Notes under the pieces: model-generated
Seen by the model: the letters and a program-made list of their open reading frames with translations, nothing else
Told to the model about the DNA's origin: nothing
Databases searched by the model: none
Program-made: the position numbers and the translations under genes
Shown: positions 12,371-28,729 of the stretch, in pieces
Layout of the letters: every line of letters starts with the position of its first letter
How positions within the stretch are numbered: the stretch's first letter is position 1
Assembly (NCBI RefSeq): GCF_009914755.1
Contig: NC_060929.1
Direction: 5' to 3' (one strand)
From: the human T2T-CHM13v2.0 reference genome, Homo sapiens
DNA length: 64,000 bases

Positions 12371-15300
12371 GTTCCACCACACTGAGAGTGAACTTATAAT
12401 GGGGGAAGATGCTTTTGGTGCTTCTTCATTGCCTCTGACTTCAATGAGGATAAGCACAGGCAAAGAGTGAGAGCCTACCCCCTGGTCCTAACGCTTAAGC
12501 ACCATCTACTGAAGTACTATCTGAATTACACCACAAAACAAAAGTATGTCACTACGACAAGCAATGTCTGAAAAAGCCACTACACGAACCCATCTGCCAC
12601 CAAAGAACTGTACAAAGCCTTCACTCTCTGAAAGCACCCAGAAACAAAGCCAATCAATCATACACAATATACACCATAGTTGTACTCTCAAGTGGTAAAA
12701 AAAAATCAGGAAGCCCCATTCAAACAAAAGCAAATAAAAAATTAGCTTCCTCAAAAGAGAAGGAACCAGTACAATAACTGCATCATGACAAAAAGCTAGA
12801 GTGTTCCATCACCTCCAAAGTCTTATACTACCTCCCTAGCAGTGAATCCTAACCAGAATAAAATGGGAAATGATAACTAAAGAATTTAGAATAAAAATAC
12901 AAAAGAAACCCTAAAAGATCTAAGAAAAAGTTGAAATTCAACAGAAAGAATCCAGAAAAAAATCCAGTATTTGAAAGACCACATACATATATTAAGAAAA
13001 AAACTGAACAGAACCTCTAGAATTAAAAATTTTTCTACAGGAAACATACAGTTGTAAGCCTTAACAACAAACGAGACCAAACGGAAGAAAAAACTTCAGC
13101 GTTTGAACACTGGTCCTTTAAATCAATCCAGTCAGGGACAAATAAAAAATATGTTTTTAAAAATGAACAAAGCCTTTGAAAATATGAGATTATGTAAAGT
13201 AATCAAATCTATGACTTATTGGTATTTCTGAGAGAGAAGAAGAGAAAGTAAGCAACTTGGAAAACATATTTGAGGATATAATTCAATAGAGACCCCTCAA
13301 TCTTGTTATAGGGGTCAACATGCACATCCGAAGAATCCAGAGAACTCCTAAAAGGTACCACACAAGATGTCAATCCCCAAGGCACATAATCATCAGACTA
13401 TACAGAGTTAATGCAAAATAAAAAATTTTAAAGGCAGCTAAATGGAAGGGCCATATTACCTGTAAAGGAATATCCATTAAACTAACAGTAGAAACCTTAC
13501 AAACCAAAACAGAATGGAGGCTCATTTTTAGCACTCTTAAACAAAATGCTAGTCAAATATTTCATATCCTACCAAACTAAGGATAAATAAAGTCTTTCCC
13601 AGACTAGCAATATCTAAGGGAATTCATCATCACCAGACTAGCCTTACAATAGATGCTTAAGAGAATTCTAACCTGGAAATGAAAAAACAATTCTTGCTAT
13701 CACAAAAGCACATGTAAACACACAGCCCACAAAGCCTATAAAGCAACTACATTATGGAGACTCCAAAACAACTAGCTAACAACACTACCACAGGAACAAA
13801 ACATCAAATACCAGTGTTAACTTCGAACATAAATGGCCTACATGCTCCAGTTCAAAGATAAAAATGGCAAATTGCCTTAAAAAAAAAATCTGCCCTTTTG
13901 CAGTCTTCAAGAGACTCATCTCACATGTAGTAACTCCCATAGGCTTGGAGTACAGTAATGAAGAAAAACCTATTATACACATGGAAAACAGAAAGGATTA
14001 GATGTTTTTATCCTTGCATCAGATAAAACAGACTTTTAAACCAACAACAGTAAAAAATAAAAGGACAAAGAAGAGCATCACATAATGATAAAGAGTTCAA
14101 TTCAACAAGAAGACTTGACTATCCTAAATATATACATAACCAATATTGAAGAATCCAGATTCATAAGTAATTCTAGATCAAAGAAAATACTTGGATGCCT
14201 ACACAATAATAGTAGGAGACCTCAACACCCAAGTGAAAGCATTAGACAGATCGTCATAGGAGAAAACTAAAAATAAATTCTAGACTTAAATTAGACACTT
14301 GACCAATTGGATCTAACAGGCATCTACAGAGTACTCCACCCAACAACCATCAAAATCACAAAAACACATGATAACTAAACAGCTTTGTCCTGAATGATTT
14401 TTGAGTAAACAGTGAACTTAGAAAGTAAAAAAAAAATCCTTTGAGATAAATGAAAATAGAGACATAAAATACTGAAACCTCTGGGATGGAGCAAAAGCAG
14501 TATTAAGAGAAAAGTTTATAGCACTAAATAACTATGTCAGGAAGATAGAAAGATCTAAAATTAACAACATAATCTCATACCTAAAGAAACTAGAAAAACA
14601 AGAACAAATTAAACTCAAAGCTAGCAGAAGAAAAGAAATAAAATCAGATAAAATCAGACAGAAACAAATAAATGTGAGAACAAAAAAATCAATGAAAGAA
14701 AAGTTGGTTCATTGAACACATAAAGAAAATTGATAGACCACTCAGGGACTAATAAAAAAGAAAAAGAGAAGATACAAGTAAGCACAATTAGAAATAACAA
14801 CGGTGACATTACAAACAATCCCACAGAAACTGGCAAGATTCTCAGAGACTACTACGAACATCTCTATGTGCACAAACTAGAAAATTTAGGGAAAATGGAT
14901 GAAATTCTAGTAAAACACATTCTCCTAAGATTGAATCAGAAAGAAATAGAAATCCTGAACAGATGAATATTGAGTGGTAAAATCGAATCAGTAATAAAAA
15001 AAAAATCTCAGCACCGGAGGGACTCATAGCCAAATTCTACAAAACATGCAAGAAGAGTTGGTACCAGTTCTTTGGAAACTATTCCAAAAACTCAAGGCAG
15101 AGAGATTCCTCCCTAACTCCTTCTACAAAACCAGTATCATCCTGATTTCAAAATCTGGCAAATATACAACAGAAAATAAAACTATAGGCCAATATTCCTA
15201 ATGAAAATAGACACAAAAGTCTTCAACTTGCAAACTGAATCCAGAAGCACATTAAAGAAAGTTGATTCATCAGGATCAAGTGGGCTTTATTCCTGAGATG

Positions 15301-16166
15301 CAAAAATGATTCAATATATGCAAATAAATAAGTTTTTAAAATTTATAACCACATGGACAGAATTATTTTTATCACAACATAAATTTAGAAACAAGAATTA
15401 TATGATTATCTGAATAAATTCAGAAAAAGCATTCAATGAAATCTAACATCTTTTTGAGATAAAAACCCTCAACAAACAAGGCATTGAAGAAACATACCTG
15501 AAAATATTAAGAGCCATCTATGACAAACCCACAGCCTACCTCATACTGAAACGGCAAAAGTGGAAATGCTTCCAACTGCAATAAGACAAGAACGTTCACT
15601 CTCAAATCTTCTATTCAAATGGTACTGGAAGGCCTTGCCAGAGGAATCATACAAGAGAAAGAAATAAAAGACTTTCAAACAGAAAGAGGAAGTCAAATTA
15701 TATGTCTTCAGTGAAGATATGATTCTACACCTAGAAAATCTTAAAGATTCCAACAAAAGACTCCTAGACCTAATAAACAACTCAGTAAAGTCTCAGTATA
15801 CAAAATAAATCTACAAAATCAGTAGCATTTCTATACACCAATAACATCCAAGCTGAGATCCAATTTATAAATACAATTTTATTTAAAATAGCCATAAAAA
15901 ATACATATCTAAGGAAACATCTAACCAAGGAGGTGAAAGATATCTATAAGAACTACAAAACACTGCTGAAAAAAGATAGACCCCCCCCCCCAAAAAATTA
16001 GGAAAGCATTCCATGGTCATTGATTGGAAGATTCAATATTCATGATTCTCTCAATGTTAAAATGTCCATATTGTCTAAAGCAATCTACAAATTGAATGTT
16101 GTTCTTATCAAATTACCAATGTCATTTTTCACAGAATTAGGAAAAACAATTTCTAAAATTCATATA

Positions 16167-16571
16167 TGTATTACCCCACTCTTGATACCAATTTATTGTA
16201 TCAGTCCATTTTCATGCTGCCAATAAAGACATACCCAAGACTGGGTAACATCTAAAGGAAAGGAGATTTAATGGACTCATAGTTCTATGTTCCTGGGGAG
16301 GTCTCACAATCATAATAGAAGGCAAAGAAGAAGCAAAGGCATGTCTTACATGGTGGCAGAAAAGAGAGATTTTGTGCAGAGAAACTCTCCCTTATAAAAC
16401 CATCAGATCTCATGAGCCTTATTTGCTATCACAAGAACAGCATGGGAAAAACCTGCCCCCATGATTCAATTACCTCCCACTAGGTCCCTCCCATGACATG
16501 GGAGAATTGGGGAATTGTGGGAGCTACAATTCAAAATGAGATATGGGTGGGGACATTGCTAGACCATATTA
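16167..16571 (-). mobile_element. THE1 LTR (16197-16571) with short internal stub and probable remnant of the second LTR
   Basis: tgtatcagtcc...ggacattgctagaccatatta, preceded by ccccactcttgataccaatttat (THE1-int end) and tgtatta. Confidence 0.9.
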
Positions 16572-18140
16572 TTATGGAAACAGAAAGGAGTCCAAATAGC
16601 CAAACCAATTCTAAGCAAAAACAACAAAGCCAGAGGCATCACATTACTCAACTTCAAACTATTCAACAAGACCAGAGTGACTAACACAGTATGATATTGC
16701 TACAGAGAGACACACAGACCAATGGAACAGAATAGAAAACCATGGAATAAACCCATATACCTCCCACCATATCATCTTTGGAAAAGTTGACAAAAATAAA
16801 TAAAATAGGGAAAAGATACCTGATTCCATAAATTGTGCTGGGAAAACTGGCTAACTATATGCAGAAGAATGAAACTTGACCCCACACTCTCACTATATAA
16901 ATATATTAACTCAATATGAATTAAAGACTTAAATGTAAGTTGTAAAAATCCTAAAAGATATTTTAGGAAATGCTCTTCTAGACATTGACTTAGTGAAGGA
17001 ATTTATGGCTAAGCCCTCAAAAGCAAATCTAACAAAACAAAAAATGAATAATCGGAACTTAATTAAATGTAAATGCTTCTGCATAGCAAAAGAAACAATC
17101 AAGAGAGTATACAGACAACCTACAGAATAGGAGAAAATATTTGCAAACTGAATCAGACAAAGGACTAATATTCATAATCTATAAGGAACTTAAATAAACA
17201 AGAAAAATAACAACCCCATTAATAAGTAGGCAAAGCATATGAACAGACATTTCTGAAAAGAAGAAATAAAAATGGCTAACAAACATATGAAAAAATGCTC
17301 CACATCACTAATCATGAGAGGTACAAATCTAAACCACAATGAGATATCATTTCAAACCAGTTAAAGAGTGACTATTTTGAAGTCAAGAAATAACAGATAT
17401 TGGTGAGGTTGCAGAGAATGGGGAAACTTAAACACAGTTGGTGGGAATGTAAATTAGTTTAGCTGCTGTGGAAAGCAGTTTGGATATTTTTCAAAGAACT
17501 AAAAAAGAATTACCATTCAGTCCAGTGATCCCATTGGTGGGTATATAACCAATGGAAAATTAATCTTTCTACCAAAAAGACACCCTCATTCACATGTTCA
17601 TTGCGTCACTATTCACAATAGCAAAGACATGGAATCAAGCCAGGTACATATAAATGGTGGATTGGATAAAGAAAATATATACCATGGAATACTATGCAGC
17701 CATAAAAATGAATGAAATTATGTCCTTCACAGCGGCAAGGATGCTGCTGGATGTGATTATCCTAAATGAATTAACACAGAAACAGAAAACCAAATACCAC
17801 ATGTTCTCACTTGTAAGTAAGAGTTAAACAATGAGTATGTGCAGACACAAATATAGGAACAATAGACACTAAGGACTCCATGGCAGGGAAGGAGAAGAAC
17901 AAGAAAAATTTTCTATTGGGGAGCAAGTTCACTATTTGGGGGATGAGATCAATAGAAGGAAAAACCTCAGCATCACTCAATATACCCTGTAAGAAACCTG
18001 TACATGTATTCCCTGAATCTAAAATTTAAATAAATAACATTTTATTCAAAGAAGAAACCATAATAAAAATATAAACATATTTATAACTGAACACTAATAA
18101 AATCTTTGATATTTAAGATTTTGTTATGCAATTAAATTGG

Positions 18141-18537
18141 TTTTATTAATTACAGTTCTCCAGGGAAACAGAACCAACAGCATATTTTACTGGTTTACGG
18201 CCTGTTGGCCTACTAGTGTAAGTCCTGGAGTCTGAAGCACTGAGAACCAGGAGTCGCAATTTCTGAGAGCAGGAGATAATGGACGTCATGTCTGAGCTCA
18301 AAAATAAAGAGGAAGGGAGAATTCACTCTTCTTCTGTCTTCTTTGTTATATTTAGGCCCTCACTGGATTGAACGATACCTCCCTACATTGGTGAGGGCAG
18401 ATTTTTGCTCAGTCTGTTAATTCAAATTCTAATCTCTTCCAGAAACACCCTCACAGGCACATCCAGAAATAGTGCTTTACCAGCTATCTGAGCATCTATC
18501 AGCCTAATCAAATTGACACATAAAATTAATCATCACG
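18141..18537 (-). mobile_element. MLT2 (ERVL) LTR
   Basis: gttctccagggaaacagaaccaacag...aaattgacacataaaattaatcatcac. Confidence 0.8.
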
Positions 18538-19219
18538 TTGGCAATTAGAAGAAAATGGAAGCTCCAAAAGCCATATATATAATATATATATATGCATTTA
18601 TCAAACTCAACTAATATGCAATTAATATTTGTACACTTCATTGTATTCAATTTTACACAAAAAGGCAACATTTCTTTAATCCTGGTTAATAAATGCACTC
18701 TATAATACCTAGGATGAGTGTACCAATATCTGTAATTTACTTTGAGATTCTTCAAAGAATAAGATGAATAAACAGATGTGTTAAACAAGAGTGGTAATGT
18801 TAATGTTTGAGTATGTAGGGACTCAGCGTAAAATTATTTCATCTTTGTACTATGTTAGACATTTTTAAATAAAATATTTTTAAAGATATATAAAGTTTAA
18901 TAAACTTAATCGAGAGTTAAGTACTGCATTACAACAATGCAGTAGTAAAGATTAGTAGTGTTGCACATAGGGCTATTGATTTTGGAGTAAAACAGTGGTC
19001 ACCCTCCTTCTATGGACATGGAGATGACACTTTGTATCTTATAGTTATTACTTAGAAGGGACCAAACATCACTGCCTCATTGTCATGCTATCTCTTAATA
19101 TTGCGCTTAGCAAACATTTAATTATCTAGCATTGTCATAGACAATGTACGAGCTTGGGAATATACATACCCGAATTTTAGTCTTCAGCTTGGGCACATCT
19201 TGTTACGCTATATGTTTAT

Positions 19220-19311
19220 TTTCAGGCCATATATTAAATGCCTATTTTATTAAATACCTACCCTGTTTCAGGCCATATATTAAATGCCTAAATTATTAAA
19301 TATCTATCCTG
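19220..19311. repeat. 46-bp tandem duplication
   Basis: tttcaggccatatattaaatgccta..ttattaaata.cta.cctg present twice in tandem. Confidence 0.9.
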
Positions 19312-20474
19312 GCAAATTGCTGACCTAGTTCTCTAGGAATACAAATGTGAATAAATCTCTGTCTCACAAGGTAAGGAGAAAATGTTGGTAAGGTAAAGAG
19401 ATGCAAAAAATAGTCAATATTTCTGAAGAGGTAATTTGTATTAGATAGTAGAAATGAAGATGGTCAGAAATATTTTGAAGGTAATGCCATCAGAATTTCC
19501 AAATGGAAAGGTTTATGGTGAGTGAAATAGAAAAAGAGAGAGAGAGAGAAAGTTAATATATGCTATTCACAGGATATATTTTAAATTTGGGGGGAAATAC
19601 AGCAATACTTAAGATTTGTTAGACATTTTGTGAACTACCAGATGAAAGAAGTTCACTGTTTTAAGATTAGATTGCACTATATTTCTCTCAGTGATATAAT
19701 ATTTTGTAGAAGCTTGTCTTTTTGAAGTTTTTGTGTAAATGGGAAGTATAGTACAAAAATCAATGTAGAAAAACAATTTCTTAGCAACGTTCAAATAGAC
19801 TTAGACTTCCACACAATAATAGTGGGAGACTTTAACACCTCACTGACAATATTAGACATACCATTGAGGCAGAAAATTAGTAAAGATATTCAGGACCTGA
19901 ACTTAGCACTGGATTAAATGGGCCTGATAAAGATTTACAGAACTTACCACCCAGGGCCTGATACAGATTTACAGAACTCACCACTCAATAACAACAGAAT
20001 ATATATTGTTCTCATTGCCACATGGTACTTACTGTAAAATTAATCACATGATCAGAAGTCAAATACTTCTTAGTAAATGCAAAAGAGCTGATATAACAGT
20101 CTCTCAGACCACAGAGCAATCAAACTTGAAATCAAGATGACAAAATTCACTCAAAACCTTACAGTTACATGCAAATTGAATAACCTGCTCCTGAATGAGG
20201 AAAAAAATGAAATTGAGGCAAAAATTAAAAAGTTACTTGAAACTAATGAGAACAATGGTATAATATACCAGAATCTCTGGGACTCATATAAGGCAGTGTT
20301 AAGAGGGAAATTTATAGCACTAAATGGACATATCAAAAAGCTAGAAACATCTTAAGATAACAAATTAACATCAGAACAAAAAGAACTAGAGAACCAGGAG
20401 TAAACAAACCCTGCAATTAGCAGAAGACAAGAAATAACCAAGATTAAAGCTGAACTAACCAAGATTAGACATGA

Positions 20475-22469
<1,995 letters not shown>

Positions 22470-22652
22470 AAAGTAACAGAATACATACACTGCTATCTAG
22501 GCTAATAAAGAAGAAAAGAGAGAAGTATGAAATGAACACAATCAGAAATGAAAATGAGGATATCACCACTGATGCCACAGAAACACAAACCACCATCAGA
22601 GAATACTATAAACACCTCTATGCAAATAAACTAGAAAATCTAGAAGAAATGG

Positions 22653-22844
22653 ATTATTAAATGCCTATCTGACAAATCACTGACTCAATTCTCTAAGAAT
22701 ACAAATGTGAACAAGTCTCTGTCTCACAAGGTAAGGAGAAAATCTTGGTAAGGTAAAGAGATGTGTATAATAGTCAATATTTCTGAACAGGTCATCTGTA
22801 TTAGATGGTAGAAATGAAGATGTTCAGAAGTATTTTGAAGGTAA
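22653..22844 (+). repeat. Dispersed copy of 19292-19484 inserted in L1 ORF2
   Basis: Manual alignment 19321-19484 vs 22681-22844: 17 mismatches in 164 bp, no gaps. Confidence 0.93.
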
Positions 22845-24867
22845 ATTAAAAATATTTAAATTCCTGGACACATACATCCTCCTAAGACGGAACCAGGAAG
22901 AAACTGAATCCCTGAATAGACCGATAACAAGTTCTGAAATTGAGACAGTATTAAATAGCCTACCAACCAAAAAAAGCCCAGGACCAGTTGGATTCACACC
23001 TGGATTCTACCAGAGGTACAAAGAAGAGCTTGCACCATTTCTACTGAAACTATTTCAAAAAATTGAAAAGGAGGGACTGTACCCTATGAGGCCAGCATCA
23101 TACTGATACCAATATCTGTAAGAGATACAACAAAACGAGACCAACATTTCTGATGAACATCGATGCGAATATCAGGTCAATAGCCTTGATCAACATTGAT
23201 GCAACAATCCTCAATAAAAATACTGGCAACTCGACTCCAGCACAAAAAAAGCTCATCCACCACAGTCATGTTGGCTTTATCCCCAGGATGCAAGGTTGGT
23301 TCAACATATGCAAATCAATAAATGTGATTCATTACATAAACAGAACCAAAGACAAAAACCACATTATTATTTCAATAAATGCAGAAAAGGCCTCCAATAA
23401 AATTCAACATCCCTTCATGTTAGAAACTCTCAATAAAGTAGATATTGAAGAAACATACAGCAAAATAATAAGAGCCATATGTGACAAATCCACAGCCCAC
23501 ATAATATTGAATGGGCAAAAGCCGAAAACATCCCCCTTGAAAAATGGTACAAAACAATGGCCCTCTCTCACCACTTCTATTCAAACTAGACAATACTATT
23601 CAGGACATAGGCATGGACAAAGTTTTCATGATGAAGACACCAGAAGCAATTGCAACAAAAGCAAAAATTGACACATGGGATTAATTAAACTAAAAAGCTT
23701 CTGCGCAGCTAAATAAACTATCAACAGTTAAGTAAACAAGCTACAAAATGGGAGAAAATATTTGCAAACTATAGATCTGATAAAGGTCTAATATCCAGCA
23801 AATCTGAGAAACTTATATAAACTTATAAGAAAAAAACAAACAACCCCATAAAAAGGTGCAAAGGACATGAACAGATACTTTTCAAAATAAGACATTCATG
23901 CAGCCAATAATCATATAAAAAAAGTTCAACATCACTGATCATTAAAGAAAAGCAAATAAAAACCACGAGGAGACACCATCTAATACCAGTCAGAATGGCT
24001 ACTGTTAAAAAGTCAAAAAATTACAGATGCTGTCAAGGTTGTGGAGAAAAAGGAACGCTTATACACTGTTGGTGGGAGTGTCAGTTAGCTCAGCCATTGT
24101 GCAAAACAGTGTGGAAATTCCTCAGAGACCTAAGAGAGAAATACTATTTGACCCCGCAATCCCATTACGGGTATATACCCAAAGGAATATAAATTGTTCT
24201 ATTATAAAGACACATGCATGCATTTGTTCATTGCAGCACTATTTACAATAGCAAAGACGTGGAATCAACCTAAATGCCCATCAATGATAGACTGGATAAA
24301 GAAAATGTGGTACATATACACCATGGAATATCATGCAACCATAAAAAAATAATGAGATCATGTCCTTTGCAAGGACGTGGATGGAGCTGGAGGCTATTTA
24401 TACTCAGCAGACTAACACAGGAACAGAAAACCGAATACCACATATTGTCACGTGTAAGTGAGAGCTAAATGATGAGAGCTTATGGACACATAGAGGGAAC
24501 AACACACACTGGGGCTTTTCAGATGGTGGAGTTTGGAAGGAGGGAGAGGATCAGAAAAAACTTGCTAATGGGTACTAGGCTTGATACCTGAGTGATGAAA
24601 TAATTTGTGCAACAAATCTGCATGACACAAGTTTATCTATGTAACAAACCTGCACAGGTTCTCCTGAACTTAAAAATAAAAGTTAAAAAAAAAAAAAAAT
24701 GAAAAGTCAAGCCATTGACTGGTAGAAAATATTTCTAAAGCACGTATCTGATAAAGGATGTGTATCTTGAATATATTTAAAAAATTTCAATACTCAACAA
24801 TGAAAAAAACCCCAATAACAATTTGACGCAATATATGAACTGACACCCCTAAAGAAGATCTATGGAT

Positions 24868-24997
24868 TGCAGAAAGGCATAGAAAATGATAGTCAACATC
24901 AACAGTAAATTGATGGCATCAATGGATACCATCTTTGGATATTTATATGGATTGATAGTAAATTGATGTTGACTATCATCTTCTATGCCTTTCTGCA
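24868..24997. repeat. 35-bp inverted repeat with 60-bp spacer
   Basis: tgcagaaaggcatagaaaatgatagtcaacatcaa vs ttgatgttgactatcatcttctatgcctttctgca (1 mismatch). Confidence 0.92.
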
Positions 24998-25547
24998 GTG
25001 ACACCACATTGTAGTTTTAATTATAACTCACTTAATTGTAATTAAAACAATGTAAGAATCGCTAAAGCCAAAAAATGAAAATATCAAATACTGGTGAGAA
25101 TGTGAAATAATTAGTACTCTGACATATTCCTGATGAGAACCTGAAATGTTATGCCTGCTTTGAAAAATTGTTTGTCAGTTTCTTATAAATTAAACATGTG
25201 TTTGTCTTACTACGTTTGACCCTACTCCTAGTTGTTACCCAAAAGACATGAAAATATATACCAACAGAAAACCCTGTATCTGAGTCTATAGTAGCTTTTT
25301 CCACAATAACCACAAACTGGAAAAACTCAAATGTCCTTCAACTAACAAATATAAAAATAAATTTTGATACATCTATCTATGTAATGGAATATTACATAGC
25401 AGTCAAAGATACTAAATTACTAATAATATGCAAATACATACACCAATCTCAGAATCAGTGAAAAAAACCTAGCAGAAAAAGCTACTACTTGATGATTCCA
25501 TTCATATGACATTCTGGAAGAGGCAAAGTGACAAGAAAAAAACGTAA

Positions 25548-25726
25548 GACCGGGCACAGTGGCTCACGCCCGTAATCCTAGCACTTTGGAAGGCCAAGAT
25601 GGGTGGATTACCTGAGGTCAGGAGTTAGAGACCAGCCTGGCCAAATGGTGAAATCCCATCTCTACTAGAAATACAAAAAATGAGCTGAGTGTGGTGGCAC
25701 ACACCTGTAGTCCCAGCTACTCTGGA
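25548..25726 (+). mobile_element. AluS, 3'-truncated
   Basis: Left arm plus start of right arm, ending at cccagctactctgga; no tail. Confidence 0.9.
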
Positions 25727-27736
25727 TAGTTGACAAAGTTTGGTTTGGAAGGAGAGGATTAACTAAAAAAAGGTCACAAGGCAACTTTTTGTGATAATAT
25801 GGTGATTACATAACTACACATTTGTCAAAATTATTGACCTTCACATTTTTAGAAGTTAAATTTTACTAAATGTAAAATATATTTCAATAATCCTACTTTT
25901 ATACACTTCAATTTTCTTTTAAAAGACATATCTGACAGACACATATGTAATCATTTCTTCACAACTTTCCAAATAATGCCTCCAATATACTCAATTATAA
26001 TTTATATTTAATAATCTCTCATATCCTCTTCCAACTAGTATAAGAAATGTAAGAGACAAATTGGATGTCTTGGTTTCTCAGTTATACTACAAATATGAAT
26101 ATACAACTAAAATGTATTCATATTTATGCTACACAAAATGCAATGAAAAGCCAATTTAATTTTAATCTAATAATTTATAAATAATCTGCACATCATGTCC
26201 TGCCAAGCACAGAGGGATACAGTAATAACTAGTAAAATGTTTTCCCCTCCCTCTGTTCTCTTCTGGAGCAACACATAGTTGCATAGATGAAAATTGTCGC
26301 CAGCCTCCCAGCTGCTAAGTTTTAATTATGTTATCAGCTTAATACAGTTAATCAGCTGTCAAATTTAAAATATCACTTTCTCTGCTTTTATTATTTCCTA
26401 ATCGTCCCCACCTTCTTCTTGCAATTAGTGTTTAGCTGCACATAATTTTTTGTTTAATTTTCAACATGCTTCTAGAGCACAGCTGGCACATAATATAACC
26501 TCGAAATTTAAAGCTATAATAATAATTATTTTTATTATTACTTTTCACAAAATATATTTTTATTTTATGTGATTAAGAGGACATTTACTTTTCCTTTGTA
26601 GAAATTTATGTTGCAATCTGTTAAGTTTCATTTGCAACATTATAGTCATAGAATATTTCTAGTCATAGTTTAAAATGTGTGCCAATATTTTACGTTTTGA
26701 GGAGATTTTAGATATGAGCTACACAATATCAACATTCAAAAATAAATATATTTAAGGCCCATACTATGCCAGGCATTATGTTAGATAACTGGGATTTAAT
26801 AATGTATAAAAACAGATATGTTCTTTGAATATAGAAATACTCTTTGTATACCAAATAATTTAAAATTACTGATTTTTCTTTAAAAATATATGTAATATTT
26901 TTAGTCATACAAAATGAATAACAGAAGCACACTTCAATAGGGACAAATTAGACCTCTCTGGTAAAATATCAAGGGCTTAAGTGAAAGTAATGTTGATAAA
27001 ACATACATTTAGATTTGACACCCAACTGTTAACATCTGAAATTTTATTAAATTAACATATAAAACAAACGAATGATTAGTCCAAATGTAAAAGTTACCAA
27101 AATTGTTTCTCCAAAAAACTCTTTTAATTTGAAGATATTTACCTGAAAGAAGAGGTTCACGTATTTTCAGAGAGCATATCTGACTTTTAAAGAACAGGTA
27201 ATTCTAATGAGATTTTTAAAAGTCTTGTCCGTGAAATAATAATAATAGTAAAACAACAATACCATCAATATAATTGAAAATGTCTTAGTATATTTATAAA
27301 GTCAACATTATCATAAAAACATGCAATTTGCAAAAGAATAGGCACACATTTCCATGAAATAAAATAGAGGGTCCAGAAATTTATCATACTACATATAGGA
27401 TTTCAGTAGATGAATACATTATTTCACAAGCCAAATAAATACCCACATGAAAATAAAACTAGACAATTATCTCCTATGACAATTCATTCAAAAATACATT
27501 TTCAGTGAATTAAAAGTTTTTTTATTATCATTCCTTTATTTGTTCATACTTGGTGAGATACTTTTAACTAGGCAGGCAGCAGAAGCTATAAAGGAAGAAA
27601 AATGAGCTATTCATAAAAATGAAAACTTAACACATTTTAAAAGCACAGGTAGTGGAAAACAAGACATTAGAAAAAATATTTGCAGTCCAAATTAAATACA
27701 AACTCTTATAGTTTATCCGTAAAAACCCTGTGTATA

Positions 27737-28040
27737 GGCCGGGCTTGGTGGCTCACACCTGTAATCCCAGCACTTTGGGAGGCCGAGGAGGGCGGATCAC
27801 GAGGTCAGGAGATCGGGACCATCCTGGCTAACACGGTGAAACCCGTCTCTACTAAAAACACAAAAAATTAGTTGGGCGTGGTGGTGGGAACCTGTAGTCC
27901 CAGCTACTTGGGAAGCTGAGGTAGGAGAATGGCGTGAACCCAGGAGGAGGAGCTTGCAGTGAGAGCCGAGATAGCTGAGATCACACCACTGCACTCCAGC
28001 TTGAGCGACAGAACAAAACTCCATCTCAAAAAAAAAAAAA
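27737..28040 (+). mobile_element. AluY-like
   Basis: accatcctggctaacacggtg, ggcgtgaaccc, gagcttgcagtg diagnostics; poly(A). Confidence 0.93.
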
Positions 28041-28049
28041 TAAAAGCCA

Positions 28050-28165
28050 AATGTGTATGTACATGTATATTTATATATACATATATACATATATACATAA
28101 AGTTGTATATATATATATACATATTTAAAGTTGCATGTATGTGTATTTATGTATTTAAAACTATA
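28050..28165. repeat. (TA/CA/TG)n low-complexity tract
   Basis: Seen directly. Confidence 0.85.
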
Positions 28166-28228
28166 TTTACAGTTACTCCAATTAATAGTAGTCAATTAAA
28201 CTTGACACTAATTACGTGTCATCTATTT

Positions 28229-28729
<501 letters not shown>

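Larger units (their letters stand above)
9850..18030 (+). mobile_element. Near full-length decayed L1PB-type LINE-1 (5'UTR, ORF1, ORF2, 3'UTR), interrupted by LTR12C and THE1
   Basis: ccaagatg start; ORF2 remnants (MIKSSIQQEDLTILNIY, KILRDYYEHLYVHKLENL); L1PB-type 3'UTR (gatcaatagaagg..aacctcagcatc..ccctgaatctaaaat); many stops and frameshifts. Confidence 0.88.
24700..25890 (+). mobile_element. Ancient L1M (L1MB-ME type) 3' region
   Basis: gaaaagtcaagccattgactggtagaaaatattt...atgattccattcatatgacattctggaagaggc...tatatttcaataa. Confidence 0.7.

Noticed and set aside
15981-15991. C11 run in L1
   Set aside because: Simple mononucleotide expansion with no further structure.
9383-16571. Two THE1 LTRs as one 7-kb provirus
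   Set aside because: The first has its own TSD, the intervening DNA is L1, and the two LTRs differ in structure.
23153-23671. 172-aa RT-like ORF as a domesticated gene
   Set aside because: Decayed L1 ORF2 fragment that goes out of frame and crosses a deletion.
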